Virus record (IMG/VR): IMGVR_UViG_3300028592_000004
Location: 62,001-126,000 of that record
Length of the DNA stretch: 64,000 bases
Direction: 5' to 3' (one strand)
Below the pieces are notes generated by a model, which made no database searches, was not told the origin of the DNA, and was given only the letters and a program-made list of their open reading frames with translations. Both the position numbers and the translations under genes were made by a program. Within the stretch, counting starts at the first letter, position 1. Every line of letters begins with the position of its first letter. Positions 18,795 to 27,768 of this stretch are shown in pieces.

Positions 18795-18806
18795 CCATCC
18801 GTGGAT
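18793..18806 (-). promoter_or_regulatory. CsrA-type binding hairpin at RAMP gene start
   Basis: AUCCA-CGGA-UGGAU overlapping the start at 18794; another ACGGA 9 nt upstream. Confidence 0.6.
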
Positions 18807-18878
18807 TCCGTCGAGGAGCCGATGTTAAGCGCCGGCTCGATTCTGGTCAAACACACCTTCACCAACCGTCGCAGCGGC

Positions 18879-19820
18879 CTATGAATGGTGGGTTTCCGGC
18901 TTCCAGGACTCAACATGCTGTGTGAACGCTTTACACACCAGCGGATCGTGGAAGAAGTAGTCCGGCACAAACAGCCGATCCCCCTTCCGTTCCACAACCG
19001 CGTCAGTCCACGTCCGGCACAGGAAGCTCATGAGGAGCTTGCAGACCCGCAGCTCGGCATGCGTCTTGTTCAGCCGGCACTGCCGCCAGAGGAAGTTCCG
19101 GGGATCCTCCAGCTGCGCGGCGGTCGGACCCGGCTGCCACTGCCAGGAGTTCAACACCAGCTTGGCTCGATCATTCGGCCCGTACGGTCGCTTCGCTCTC
19201 CCTAGCACCCACGCCATCGTCTGAGGGTTCATCCCCATGTACTGCATGACGCAGGACAGACTGTCAGGCTTGTCCCGCTTCACGTACCACCGGGGATCCC
19301 GGATCGCAGCCACGATACGAGCCAGAGCCGCTGTATCGTGATACCGGAAGAAGCTCCACATCTTCGCCGCCGGATGCGTCCAGAGCATGTTCCGGAGCTC
19401 ACTCTCCGGACGCTTCTGGGCGATCGCATCGGCGAGCGCGTAGGGGACATATTCGACAGCGGACATGACGTGCCACCCTCCCATCGAAGAGGGGAGGCCT
19501 TCGAGCTCACGAGCACGAAGAATAGCAATCCGCGGGTCGTCCATCTCAGCCGCGGTCAAAGACAGTCGTGGCGTGCACAGCTCAATAGGAGCCTGCGTCG
19601 CCACGAACAGTCTGGCAATCAGGACCGAGTTCGATGCAGAGGCAATCACCCGAAACCGCTTGCCACGGCTAATCGTGGGCGTCTCCATGAGAGCGTCCAC
19701 ATTCTCAGCGGCAAGGACCGGCGGGTGTTCGCCGTTCGCGCACCAAACTTGGCCCGTGGGGCACACATGCAGCTTCACGCTCGCGACGTCCGTCACTGCA
19801 CGGCTCGACTTAATCGACAT
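18879..19820 (-). CDS. IS110/Nop-domain-derived protein (Tas-like) with eroded RuvC-like N-domain
   Basis: ARIVAAIRDPRWY...CVMQYMGMNP (cf. AA.I.AEIGD..RF...L.SY.GL.P) and HAELRVCKLLMSFLCRTW (cf. HA..R..K.FL..LW); no DEDD acids and no catalytic SG. Confidence 0.55.
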   Translation of the reverse strand: MSIKSSRAVTDVASVKLHVCPTGQVWCANGEHPPVLAAENVDALMETPTISRGKRFRVIASASNSVLIARLFVATQAPIELCTPRLSLTAAEMDDPRIAILRARELEGLPSSMGGWHVMSAVEYVPYALADAIAQKRPESELRNMLWTHPAAKMWSFFRYHDTAALARIVAAIRDPRWYVKRDKPDSLSCVMQYMGMNPQTMAWVLGRAKRPYGPNDRAKLVLNSWQWQPGPTAAQLEDPRNFLWRQCRLNKTHAELRVCKLLMSFLCRTWTDAVVERKGDRLFVPDYFFHDPLVCKAFTQHVESWKPETHHS

Positions 19821-22062
19821 CAACTTTCCTTCTCCGACGACGTTCTTCTTTGATTCGTGCGACGGGGTGCAGGTCAATCATGTGGTCGAACATAGCCGAA
19901 AGACGCGGTTCGTGCGTCACGATCAAGCACTGAAGGCCTGTGGAAGCGGAAAGCTCCCTCAGACGCTCCACTGTCGGTGCCAGAGCCAGCACGTTCTCCT
20001 CGTCGAGGAACTGCGTGGGCTCATCCAGCGTCAACAGACCCAGGTCCTGGGTGAACAACGTGATGCGGGCTACACGAACCAGAATTCCGAGCAGGACTTT
20101 CTGGCCACCTGAGATTCGATCTGCAACTTGCTCCCGGCCGTCAAGGAACCGAGCAGCAAAGGTGAGTCCATCCGCTTGCCCGATCCTGAAATTCGCATCG
20201 ATCCGATGCAGAAGGTCGTTCGTGTCCTCCGCAATCATCGACAAGTAATCGGCAGCCACGATCTTCGGCAGTTCGAGCATCACCTCCCTCACGGAAGAGA
20301 TGTCCCGCTTCAACCGGATCAGGGCATTGCCGTTCTCCGCCCGAACCTTTGCAGATTCCAGGCGGGCCGTCAGAGTCTTCCGCGTCTTGTCCAGGGACGT
20401 GATCTCCCCTTCCAGACCAGATCGCTCCAGCAGTCGCTTCTTCTTTTCTTCGATCTTCTCCCGAGCTTCAGTCAGCTTCTTGGGATCGACCGCCTTTGGC
20501 TGACCGGCCAGCAACTTGTGCCTCCGGTCCTTCAAGGACTTGAGCGTCGCCTTTGCAGCGGTCACGTCCTTGTCGTGAGTCTGAACGTCCTTCTCGGCCT
20601 CCTGAATTTCGAGGAACACGTCCGAGTGATCCTCCTTCTTCTGAGCGAGAGTCTCTGTCAGCTCTTCATAGGTTGAGACCAGCTCTTCGAGCGTCTCCTT
20701 GTCGCCCTTCGGCGCGGCGGGGACGACAGTCTCTTCCAGTTGATCCTTCGTTCGATGGAAGTCCCTCTGGAGCTCCGCCAGCGCACGGTGCCGCTCAGCG
20801 AAGGCCTGATCGTGCTTACGAGATTTGGCCAGGACCTGCTCCGCAGTGCCGAGCTTGAAAACGAGTTCCTCAACACGATCGTCAGCAGAGTCTGCAATCT
20901 CATAGATTTTCGCCAGCAGCCCAGTCGGATTCCGGACCCGGACATACTGATTGACCAGATCCGAAATATACCTCGTGCTGGCGTATTCCCTGTCGAGCGT
21001 TTCTGTGTAGCTGTCGCGCTCTTCCTCAGGAACATAGTTTTTCGGGCGTTCGGGATCGCCAGCCTCTCGCAGAGTCTTGAGCTGCGCCTGCAACTCCTTG
21101 AGGCGCTTGGCAACCTTCTCTTTGGCCTCAGCAGCACGCTGGTAGGCGGAGAAGTTCTTGAGCACAGCCCGGGCGTCATCAACGTCCGCCTGCGACTCAG
21201 CGAGACCCTGCTCAGTGGCCGTGATCTCGTTATCGATGGCACGGATCTTAGTCCGAAGCTGATCCACCTCATCGGCTGCAGAGGTGTCCTCTTCCAGCTC
21301 CTGGACCTTCTTCTCCTGGGCTGCAATGTCGCGTAGCAGCTGGTCGGCATCGGCCTGAATCCGATCGTACGACTCCTGCTGCTTGATCAACGTCTGAAGC
21401 GGGTCCGCTTCGACGTCGTACCCTTCGACATCCCGATACCGCTTGAGGCTTGAGCCGGCCTTACGAGCGGACGCCTCGTTCTCCGCGAGGGAGCCCTCAA
21501 TCGTTCGGATCTCCACATCGGGATCTCCGATCTCAATTGAGGGGAGCCAGTCAGCAATCGCTTTTGCGACGAGCTCAGCCGCCTTAGTGCCGAACATCGA
21601 CTGGAAGGACTGAAGCCGAACCGCGGGCGTCTGATCGATGAAGTCGTACAGCCGACCCTGCCCGATAAAGCAGTTGTCGGAGATGAGCCGCATGTCGGCT
21701 CCGAGAATACGACCGATCTCAGCCGAGACTTCCGTCTCGCCGAACAGGGGCTTGCCGCCGTTGACCGTCATCTGGGTCTTGCACTTCTGCAAGCCCCGGA
21801 CAATCTCCAGGCGGTCGCCGGCGTGGGTCATGTTCAGAACACCGTAGGACTTCGCACCCTCGGGCGCGAGCGTACAGATGTTCGACTCCTTGACACCGGC
21901 GTTGGTGGTGAAGTCGCCAGTGATCAGCCACTGGACGATCTTCAGGATGCTGCTCTTCCCTGAGCCGTTTGGGCCGACGATTCCATTGATCCCCGGCTTG
22001 AAGTCCACCGACAGCTTGCGGTGGTAGCAGACTTCGAAAGCATCCAGGTGCTCAAGATTCAT
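19810..22062 (-). CDS. sbcC: SbcC/Rad50-like SMC ATPase
   Basis: GPNGSGKSS, long coiled coil, ISGGQK, LDEPTQFLD, IVTHE. Confidence 0.9.
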   Translation of the reverse strand: MNLEHLDAFEVCYHRKLSVDFKPGINGIVGPNGSGKSSILKIVQWLITGDFTTNAGVKESNICTLAPEGAKSYGVLNMTHAGDRLEIVRGLQKCKTQMTVNGGKPLFGETEVSAEIGRILGADMRLISDNCFIGQGRLYDFIDQTPAVRLQSFQSMFGTKAAELVAKAIADWLPSIEIGDPDVEIRTIEGSLAENEASARKAGSSLKRYRDVEGYDVEADPLQTLIKQQESYDRIQADADQLLRDIAAQEKKVQELEEDTSAADEVDQLRTKIRAIDNEITATEQGLAESQADVDDARAVLKNFSAYQRAAEAKEKVAKRLKELQAQLKTLREAGDPERPKNYVPEEERDSYTETLDREYASTRYISDLVNQYVRVRNPTGLLAKIYEIADSADDRVEELVFKLGTAEQVLAKSRKHDQAFAERHRALAELQRDFHRTKDQLEETVVPAAPKGDKETLEELVSTYEELTETLAQKKEDHSDVFLEIQEAEKDVQTHDKDVTAAKATLKSLKDRRHKLLAGQPKAVDPKKLTEAREKIEEKKKRLLERSGLEGEITSLDKTRKTLTARLESAKVRAENGNALIRLKRDISSVREVMLELPKIVAADYLSMIAEDTNDLLHRIDANFRIGQADGLTFAARFLDGREQVADRISGGQKVLLGILVRVARITLFTQDLGLLTLDEPTQFLDEENVLALAPTVERLRELSASTGLQCLIVTHEPRLSAMFDHMIDLHPVARIKEERRRRRKVDVD

Positions 22063-23206
22063 CGTCTTCCTCTTCCTCCTCATCGACCGTAGTGATCACC
22101 TCGGTCTGGATTTTCTTCAGCTCATCGAGCACGGCGTTCTTGCTTTCTGCAATCTCCAGCAAGCGCCGGCACAGCCTGTACTCATCGGATCCCTTCGGCG
22201 TCGCTCGCTCAAGGAACGAGAGCAGACTGGTGCGTTGACCGACGCGGTCCTTCGTCTTCTCGATCCGAACGACCTTTGAACCTGTCGGCCGCGGAGAGAG
22301 GAACACGTGGGCCTGATTGTCGAACGCCGTCATCAGGCGGTCGTACACGTCAGGCAGGTTATCGGGATAGTCCACGTGGATGATCGGCGTACGGACCACC
22401 TCCGGAATATCGTCGTCGTAGAAGTTGCCCTCCTTCGCGTCCTCGCACAGATCGTCCAGTCCACCGATGTCATCGAGGCTGAAGGTGTGGAAGGGGCGAG
22501 TGATGAGCTTCACCGACTTGTAGTCGACGAGCTTGTTCCTGTTGAACTCCAGCTCCCAGAAGGCCTTTTCGGGCGGCTCGTCGATCGACTGCATGCACGT
22601 CGATCCTGGAGAGAAGACACGCAACGTCGAGCCGTCCTCGCGCTTCAGCTTCACCGTCTTGTGCTGATGGAGATCCCCAGTCAGAACGACCGGAGCAGGG
22701 CAGTCTTCGAGTTGACCTTCGACGCCGGGCAGGGTGCCCATGAAGTCAGGTCCACCCCAAACCTGGTGACAGACGAACAGACCGATCTGGAGGTCAGCAG
22801 CCTCTTCAAGCTCGGTGAGAAGCTGGTGAGACGCCTGCCAGTCCAGGCCGTACATCTTCAGGCCACCGATAGTGACGAGCCTGCGATGAAAGTGACGCGG
22901 CCAGGGATGAGCATCGAACCGGGCGCGAACCGCGTTCCGCTCGTGCTGACCCTGAATGAAGTAGAACGGAATCCCAGCTTCCTGCAGCCTGTCGAACTGC
23001 TCGTGAGCCTGGACCTGAATGCTGGGAGTCGGATCCACCGTATCGATCAGGTCACCGGCGCCGATGACGGCGTCGACCTTCTCTTCAACGGCCCGATCCA
23101 CGATTTGCTTCAGAGAGAAAACTGCATCGCCAGCCAGATCCGGGTGACGACGCCAGGCACGCTCCTGAAGGTGCCAGTCTGAGGTGGACAGGAGACGAAT
23201 CGACAC
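22052..23206 (-). CDS. sbcD: SbcD/Mre11-like metallophosphoesterase nuclease
   Basis: SDWHL, GAGDLID, QGQHE, TGDLHQH; coupled to sbcC. Confidence 0.9.
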   Translation of the reverse strand: MSIRLLSTSDWHLQERAWRRHPDLAGDAVFSLKQIVDRAVEEKVDAVIGAGDLIDTVDPTPSIQVQAHEQFDRLQEAGIPFYFIQGQHERNAVRARFDAHPWPRHFHRRLVTIGGLKMYGLDWQASHQLLTELEEAADLQIGLFVCHQVWGGPDFMGTLPGVEGQLEDCPAPVVLTGDLHQHKTVKLKREDGSTLRVFSPGSTCMQSIDEPPEKAFWELEFNRNKLVDYKSVKLITRPFHTFSLDDIGGLDDLCEDAKEGNFYDDDIPEVVRTPIIHVDYPDNLPDVYDRLMTAFDNQAHVFLSPRPTGSKVVRIEKTKDRVGQRTSLLSFLERATPKGSDEYRLCRRLLEIAESKNAVLDELKKIQTEVITTVDEEEEEDDES

Positions 23207-23481
23207 TAGCTCCCTTTCAGAGTGATGACGGGACCAATAAGACCAAGATCGCGCTCGGCAATCTTCTGACCGATCGAGTTCTCGAACTCAACCGAGGCCG
23301 CAGCCAAAGACCTGGCGAGCCGAACACTGGCAAGCCCGCCCATCTTTTCAAGATACGACCGAACGCAGTGAAAGCGATCGCAGATCGGTCGTTCCTTCTC
23401 AACAACAGTCGTGTAGACCGTCAGAAACCTGCGAATGTCGGACTGCCTGGTAGTGCTCACGGATGGTGACCTCATCGACAC
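23206..23481 (-). CDS. hypothetical protein
   Basis: 91-aa ORF filling the gap, stop abuts sbcD start. Confidence 0.5.
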   Translation of the reverse strand: MSMRSPSVSTTRQSDIRRFLTVYTTVVEKERPICDRFHCVRSYLEKMGGLASVRLARSLAAASVEFENSIGQKIAERDLGLIGPVITLKGS

Positions 23482-24238
23482 CGGAACAACCGCGAATGGA
23501 GTGATAGATCTTGAAGTTCGGATGGAGGATCATCGGCGCGGGGGACCAACGCTGATGCTCCTTCGGATGATTCGCATAGACCGGAGCCTCGGGGTTCTCC
23601 ATCGATCCAGCGAACTGCGTCTGAAATCCAAGGGCCTGGCAAAGCCAGGAGATGTAGACATCAGGCCAGAGATCCCACGTCTCGTACTTCTCCGGCGCCA
23701 GGAAGCGTCGCTCAACAAGGCGGTCTACGAACTTCCGCGACATCCAGTGAGATGCGAAGAAGATCGTTTCTGCGGTCGGAGCAAAGTCCGCGGGCAGCTC
23801 GGTACAGAGGTCGCGAACGAACGCACCTCGGGACGGCCACCACATCTGATAGTTGACGCGATCCCGGACCCCGAGCAGATCGACATCGCACTTCTCCATC
23901 TCCAGGCGAGCCCAGATATCAAGATGCAGACCGATGGGCAGAGCATCATCGTCGAGGACGAGAACGCGATCGAAGGTGATGCCCTGATCGATCGCCCACT
24001 GGATGCCCTGGTAGGTGATGAAGCCAGACAGGTTCAGCTTCGGCATCAGCTTGTTGGGAATGACAGCGTACTCACGCGGGCCGGGCTCCGGCCCGAATGG
24101 CGAGTCGATGGCGCCGCCGCCGTCGACGATCACCATCAGGAATGACTCGCTGTGAGACCACTCGATCGCCTCGAACTGGTCTGTGGCGATGAACTGGCCC
24201 CGGTTCGTCGCCATCACGACCAAGGTTTTGACGTGCAT
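23399..24238 (-). CDS. GT-A fold glycosyltransferase-like protein
   Basis: LMVIVDGG, RVLVLDDDALP, WPDVYISW; TAATG coupling to upstream gene. Confidence 0.6.
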   Translation of the reverse strand: MHVKTLVVMATNRGQFIATDQFEAIEWSHSESFLMVIVDGGGAIDSPFGPEPGPREYAVIPNKLMPKLNLSGFITYQGIQWAIDQGITFDRVLVLDDDALPIGLHLDIWARLEMEKCDVDLLGVRDRVNYQMWWPSRGAFVRDLCTELPADFAPTAETIFFASHWMSRKFVDRLVERRFLAPEKYETWDLWPDVYISWLCQALGFQTQFAGSMENPEAPVYANHPKEHQRWSPAPMILHPNFKIYHSIRGCSGVDEVTIREHYQAVRHSQVSDGLHDCC

Positions 24239-25296
24239 TATCGGCTTTCGATCAGCCGGACCCACTGTTGAAGGTAAAGGCCCAGCTTAGGAACGTAGTT
24301 GCGGGTGTCTTCGTAGACAGAGTCGGCGGGTACGTCCTTGACCGCCACGGGATTCATGAGGAACTCACCGAGCTCCATCGCGCACGAAGAGAACGTGTTC
24401 GACGTCAGCTTCGCGTTGTCGATGATATCGACCAGGAACTCGTTGGCCAGGACACCCGGCGCCTCGCGGACCAGGTTGATCATGGGCTTGCTGGCGCGGG
24501 AGTGGTGGATGACCGGGTTACCCACGGCAATCGACCATCCAAGCTGGCGACAGATCCGTTGCAGAATCCAGCCGCCCCAGATGTCGTCGAATCGGAAGAA
24601 GGGCGTCCCGTTCCCCATCTTGGGGAAGTACGAGGCCGGCGCCGCTTCGGTGTTGATGGCAAAGTTCATCCCGCAGAGCGGAGTGAGCTGCCGCGGATTG
24701 AGCAGCTGGGTCATGACACGCGGGCAGCGATAGCCACCCGGCGTCTCCATACCGGACCGTTCTTTCGTCGGAGCCAGGGAGTGGATGGCGTCAAAGTCCG
24801 GGATCCCATCCCACAGGCCCACACTGGCTGCGACCTGATTCAAGTCTTTCTGCCGCTCATAAGGCAGGCCACGAACATGCAGGTGGCCAAGCGGAGACGA
24901 GAAGCGGGGGAAACCGCTGAGCTGGGCCAGGTGAGCCCGCGCCACGAAATCCGGATTCCGTTCGTCGACCGGGAAACAGTCGTCGTCCAGAATCAGGACC
25001 CGCTTCTCGTTGCTCCGCACAGCCTTCAGCAGGGCTGCCATTTTGATGCCGGGATCGCCGATCGAGATACACTCGGCGTCCGGTCCCCAGCTCTGAATCT
25101 CGTCGACCGTGATGATCTCGCAGTCGATGAAGGAGTAACGTTCGACCAACTCCCTCGCCTTGGGCAGCGTGGCGGTGTCCGCGTACACCAGATAGAAGGT
25201 GCCGAAAGGCCAACTTCGTTCTGAGCTGTCGCACCACTTCTCCAGAAACCACTCCAGATGCTTGATGCGGTTCGAGGCCATCGCCAGAGCAATCAT
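24238..25296 (-). CDS. reversibly glycosylated polypeptide / UDP-arabinopyranose mutase-like protein (GT75)
   Basis: ILDDDCFP, VRGLPY, VGLWDGIPDFDA, PLCGMNFA, RFDDIWGGW, HHSRAS, NLVREAPG follow the RGP/UAM motif series. Confidence 0.8.
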   Translation of the reverse strand: MIALAMASNRIKHLEWFLEKWCDSSERSWPFGTFYLVYADTATLPKARELVERYSFIDCEIITVDEIQSWGPDAECISIGDPGIKMAALLKAVRSNEKRVLILDDDCFPVDERNPDFVARAHLAQLSGFPRFSSPLGHLHVRGLPYERQKDLNQVAASVGLWDGIPDFDAIHSLAPTKERSGMETPGGYRCPRVMTQLLNPRQLTPLCGMNFAINTEAAPASYFPKMGNGTPFFRFDDIWGGWILQRICRQLGWSIAVGNPVIHHSRASKPMINLVREAPGVLANEFLVDIIDNAKLTSNTFSSCAMELGEFLMNPVAVKDVPADSVYEDTRNYVPKLGLYLQQWVRLIESR

Positions 25297-25305
25297 TGCT
25301 TCGCC

Positions 25306-26094
25306 TTACAGTACATCCCGTACTGACTGTGGGATCGGTTCGAGGGGCTGCATTGCCCCGATGTTGTCCACGTTTGTCCGGAACCACTTCTCGAACTCTT
25401 CGTCCGAACAGCGGTTCTGGAAGCCGGCACCTGCGGCAATGTCTGCCTTGCTCCACTTCCGATTCCGGAAGCGTTCCAGGCGACGACGGGCGACAGCATA
25501 ATCCAGCTTGTGCAGGTGGACAAGAAGGAGGTTCGGGTCGACCGAAATCGTCTTGTGCGGGACGAGGATCGACTCGTGGAAACCCTTGCACCACATCATC
25601 GGTACACGGCTCAAAAGCGGCTTGCTGTACTGCGTGGTCGGATACCACCAACCGCGGTGTTCCAGCATCCGACTCTGGATCAGAGCCTGATCCTCTTCAC
25701 CGATCTGATGCACAACCTCAAAGCCAGTGCATCGCACGACAGGCTGAACCATGTCGGCCGCGTACTCGACCAGATTCGTGTAGTGCGAGGCCGGATCAGT
25801 CAGGACGAACTCGTCGACCTCGACGAAGAGGACCGCCTCATAGCTGTTCAGCAGGAAGTGCTGGAAGTCCTGAACCGTCTTCAGCATCCAGTCGTGATCG
25901 ACCTCGTCGTTGAAGACCGACACGACACGGATATCGCGTGCAACCGCATCCTCCAGCGCCAGGTTGTCGTCCGAGTGGTTGTCCAGAATGAACAGGTCCG
26001 AACCATACCCATGATTGATGTAGTGGTCGCACCAGACCGGCAGAAACTCCGGCTCATCCTTGACGATCGTGAAGATGGCTAGGGGTTTTCGCAT
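25306..26094 (-). CDS. GT2-like glycosyltransferase (Glyco_tranf_2_4 type)
   Basis: IVKDEPEFLPVWCDHY, ILDNHSDD, VLFVEVDEF, LLLVHL. Confidence 0.75.
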   Translation of the reverse strand: MRKPLAIFTIVKDEPEFLPVWCDHYINHGYGSDLFILDNHSDDNLALEDAVARDIRVVSVFNDEVDHDWMLKTVQDFQHFLLNSYEAVLFVEVDEFVLTDPASHYTNLVEYAADMVQPVVRCTGFEVVHQIGEEDQALIQSRMLEHRGWWYPTTQYSKPLLSRVPMMWCKGFHESILVPHKTISVDPNLLLVHLHKLDYAVARRRLERFRNRKWSKADIAAGAGFQNRCSDEEFEKWFRTNVDNIGAMQPLEPIPQSVRDVL

Positions 26095-27515
26095 CCAAGG
26101 GCTTTCAGAATCTGCGTCGTGCTGTACTCTGGCAGACGCGGGACGTAGTAGGTCTCCTTGACCAGGTCACTGCCCACGGCTCCGCCGGGCAGGTCGATGT
26201 CATCCGCGACGCGGACAAGCACGTCAGGACGGATCAAGCGAATCAGCTCGCTCGGCGTCTGCTCGTTGAAGACGACGACGAGATCGACGCAGCCCAAGGC
26301 AGCGACCATCTCAGCGCGATCGCCCTGCTTTGTCTTCGGACGATTCGGCCCCTTGCTGGCCGACACGCTGCTGTCGGTGTTCACCGCGCCGATCAAACGG
26401 GTGCCGCGGCGGCGGGCCTCCACGAGAACGTGGACGTGCCCGGGATGCAGCATGTCAAAGCACCCGTTGCTGAAGACGACCTTCTCGCCGGCAGCCTGCC
26501 ACTGAGCACAGGCCAGGGCCGCAACCTCTGCACTGACGATCTTGAAGTACGGATGAATCGCGGCAGCCTTCGCCAGCCGCAGTTCGAGGGGATCGACGAC
26601 AGACGTCCCGGGCTTCGTCACAACCGTACCTGCCGCCAGGTTCGCAATCTGAATCGCCAGCGGAAGGTTGTCGTGAGAGATAAGCTCGACCGCCAGTGTT
26701 GCCGTAAACGTGTCGCCGGCACCGCAGACGTCATAGACATGCGAAACCCGCGTCGGAAATCGACTGACGCCAGCTTGATCGAACAGAATCGCTCCGTTCC
26801 GGCCGTTGGTGCAGACAACGTTGCTGACGATTCCGTCGAGCCCAAGGTCGACCAGGCTCTCGGAACCATTCTCAATCTCATCAACCTCCAGACCGGAAAT
26901 CTGAGCCAACTCAGTTTCATTCGGAGTGATGACGAACGCGCCACGGAGGTACGAAAAATGGACCGGCCGCGGATCGACGATGACCTTGGCGCCGGCAGCG
27001 TTCGCGTACTTGATCACTTCGGAGAGCAGGCTGTGCCTCGTACCGAGGGCACCTTTCGCGTAGTCGGAGATCAGGACGATCTTGTACGAATTCGCGTTCA
27101 GGACTGCCTTCAAGCGAGTCAGGTAGTCCGCGGCGCTGGCCGGTGCGTGCGGCTGATCGTTGTCCTCCCGGGTCAGCAGACGGGTGCCACTCCAGATCCG
27201 ACGCTTAACGGTCGGGCCAGCGAAGCGACGCTCGCTGCCCACCGAGTAGATGTCGATGGCGTGATGGCCGCACAGTGCGACGAGGTCCGAACGATGCGTC
27301 TCGTCGGACATCACAGTGAACAGGTCGCAACGGCCATGCAGGGCGGCGACATTGGCAGCGACGTTTGCAGCTCCGCCGAGGGAGCGAGTCACTGACTGGC
27401 GCTGGTAGACCGGAATCGGGGCCTCGGCCGCGATCCGAGTGGGCTCGACGAAGACTGCCTCGTCGATCATGACATCGCCGATCACGAGAATCTGCGATGG
27501 ATCCTGCTGGGGCAT
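26079..27515 (-). CDS. hldE: bifunctional heptose-7-phosphate kinase / heptose-1-phosphate adenylyltransferase
   Basis: VIGDVMID...EAPIPV, GGAANVA, VYDVCGAGDTF (PfkB) plus VFSNGCFDMLHPGH, NTDSSV..SKGPNRP. Confidence 0.9.
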   Translation of the reverse strand: MPQQDPSQILVIGDVMIDEAVFVEPTRIAAEAPIPVYQRQSVTRSLGGAANVAANVAALHGRCDLFTVMSDETHRSDLVALCGHHAIDIYSVGSERRFAGPTVKRRIWSGTRLLTREDNDQPHAPASAADYLTRLKAVLNANSYKIVLISDYAKGALGTRHSLLSEVIKYANAAGAKVIVDPRPVHFSYLRGAFVITPNETELAQISGLEVDEIENGSESLVDLGLDGIVSNVVCTNGRNGAILFDQAGVSRFPTRVSHVYDVCGAGDTFTATLAVELISHDNLPLAIQIANLAAGTVVTKPGTSVVDPLELRLAKAAAIHPYFKIVSAEVAALACAQWQAAGEKVVFSNGCFDMLHPGHVHVLVEARRRGTRLIGAVNTDSSVSASKGPNRPKTKQGDRAEMVAALGCVDLVVVFNEQTPSELIRLIRPDVLVRVADDIDLPGGAVGSDLVKETYYVPRLPEYSTTQILKALGCENP

Positions 27516-27516
27516 T

Positions 27517-27534
27517 TCAATTCCCGGGGATTAA
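27517..27534. promoter_or_regulatory. 18-bp palindromic operator-like motif
   Basis: TCAATTCCCGGGGATTAA (16/18), 1 nt before hldE ATG. Confidence 0.65.
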
Positions 27535-27737
27535 TTTCCATCGAAACCGCGAGAGGTATGCGGTGGAGCAATTTCGCCTGTGAGACCTCGGCCTCGATCG
27601 CGAACGCTGACGTCGCGATTGCTCTGGTTGCAAGGCGGGCAGATGAAGTTGAACCGGCCGATCTTTGGGAACGGCTTTCGACATTTCAAACACAGCCGGG
27701 TCTCACGACCCGGCTGCGATTCATTCTCTTTGGACAT
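27531..27737 (-). CDS. small C4 zinc-finger protein
   Basis: CLKCRKPF...FICPPC. Confidence 0.7.
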   Translation of the reverse strand: MSKENESQPGRETRLCLKCRKPFPKIGRFNFICPPCNQSNRDVSVRDRGRGLTGEIAPPHTSRGFDGN

Positions 27738-27744
27738 CCTTGTC
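27733..27744 (-). promoter_or_regulatory. CsrA-type binding hairpin on start codon
   Basis: GACA-AGGA-UGUC containing the AUG at 27737. Confidence 0.65.
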
Positions 27745-27768
27745 TAACCTGCGACCATCCGGGTCGGC

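Noticed and set aside
18190-18878. GGY/NN (period-5) repeat array or CRISPR repeats next to the RAMP gene
   Set aside because: Only two adjacent GGC-NN units inside the terminator-like stem; no array or repeat-spacer pattern here or elsewhere in the window
25309-25325. CsrA site upstream of the RGP-like gene (CAGUAC-GGGAU-GUACUG)
   Set aside because: Good stem, but lacks the ANGGA/CANGGA spacing and does not overlap the start; possible but not counted
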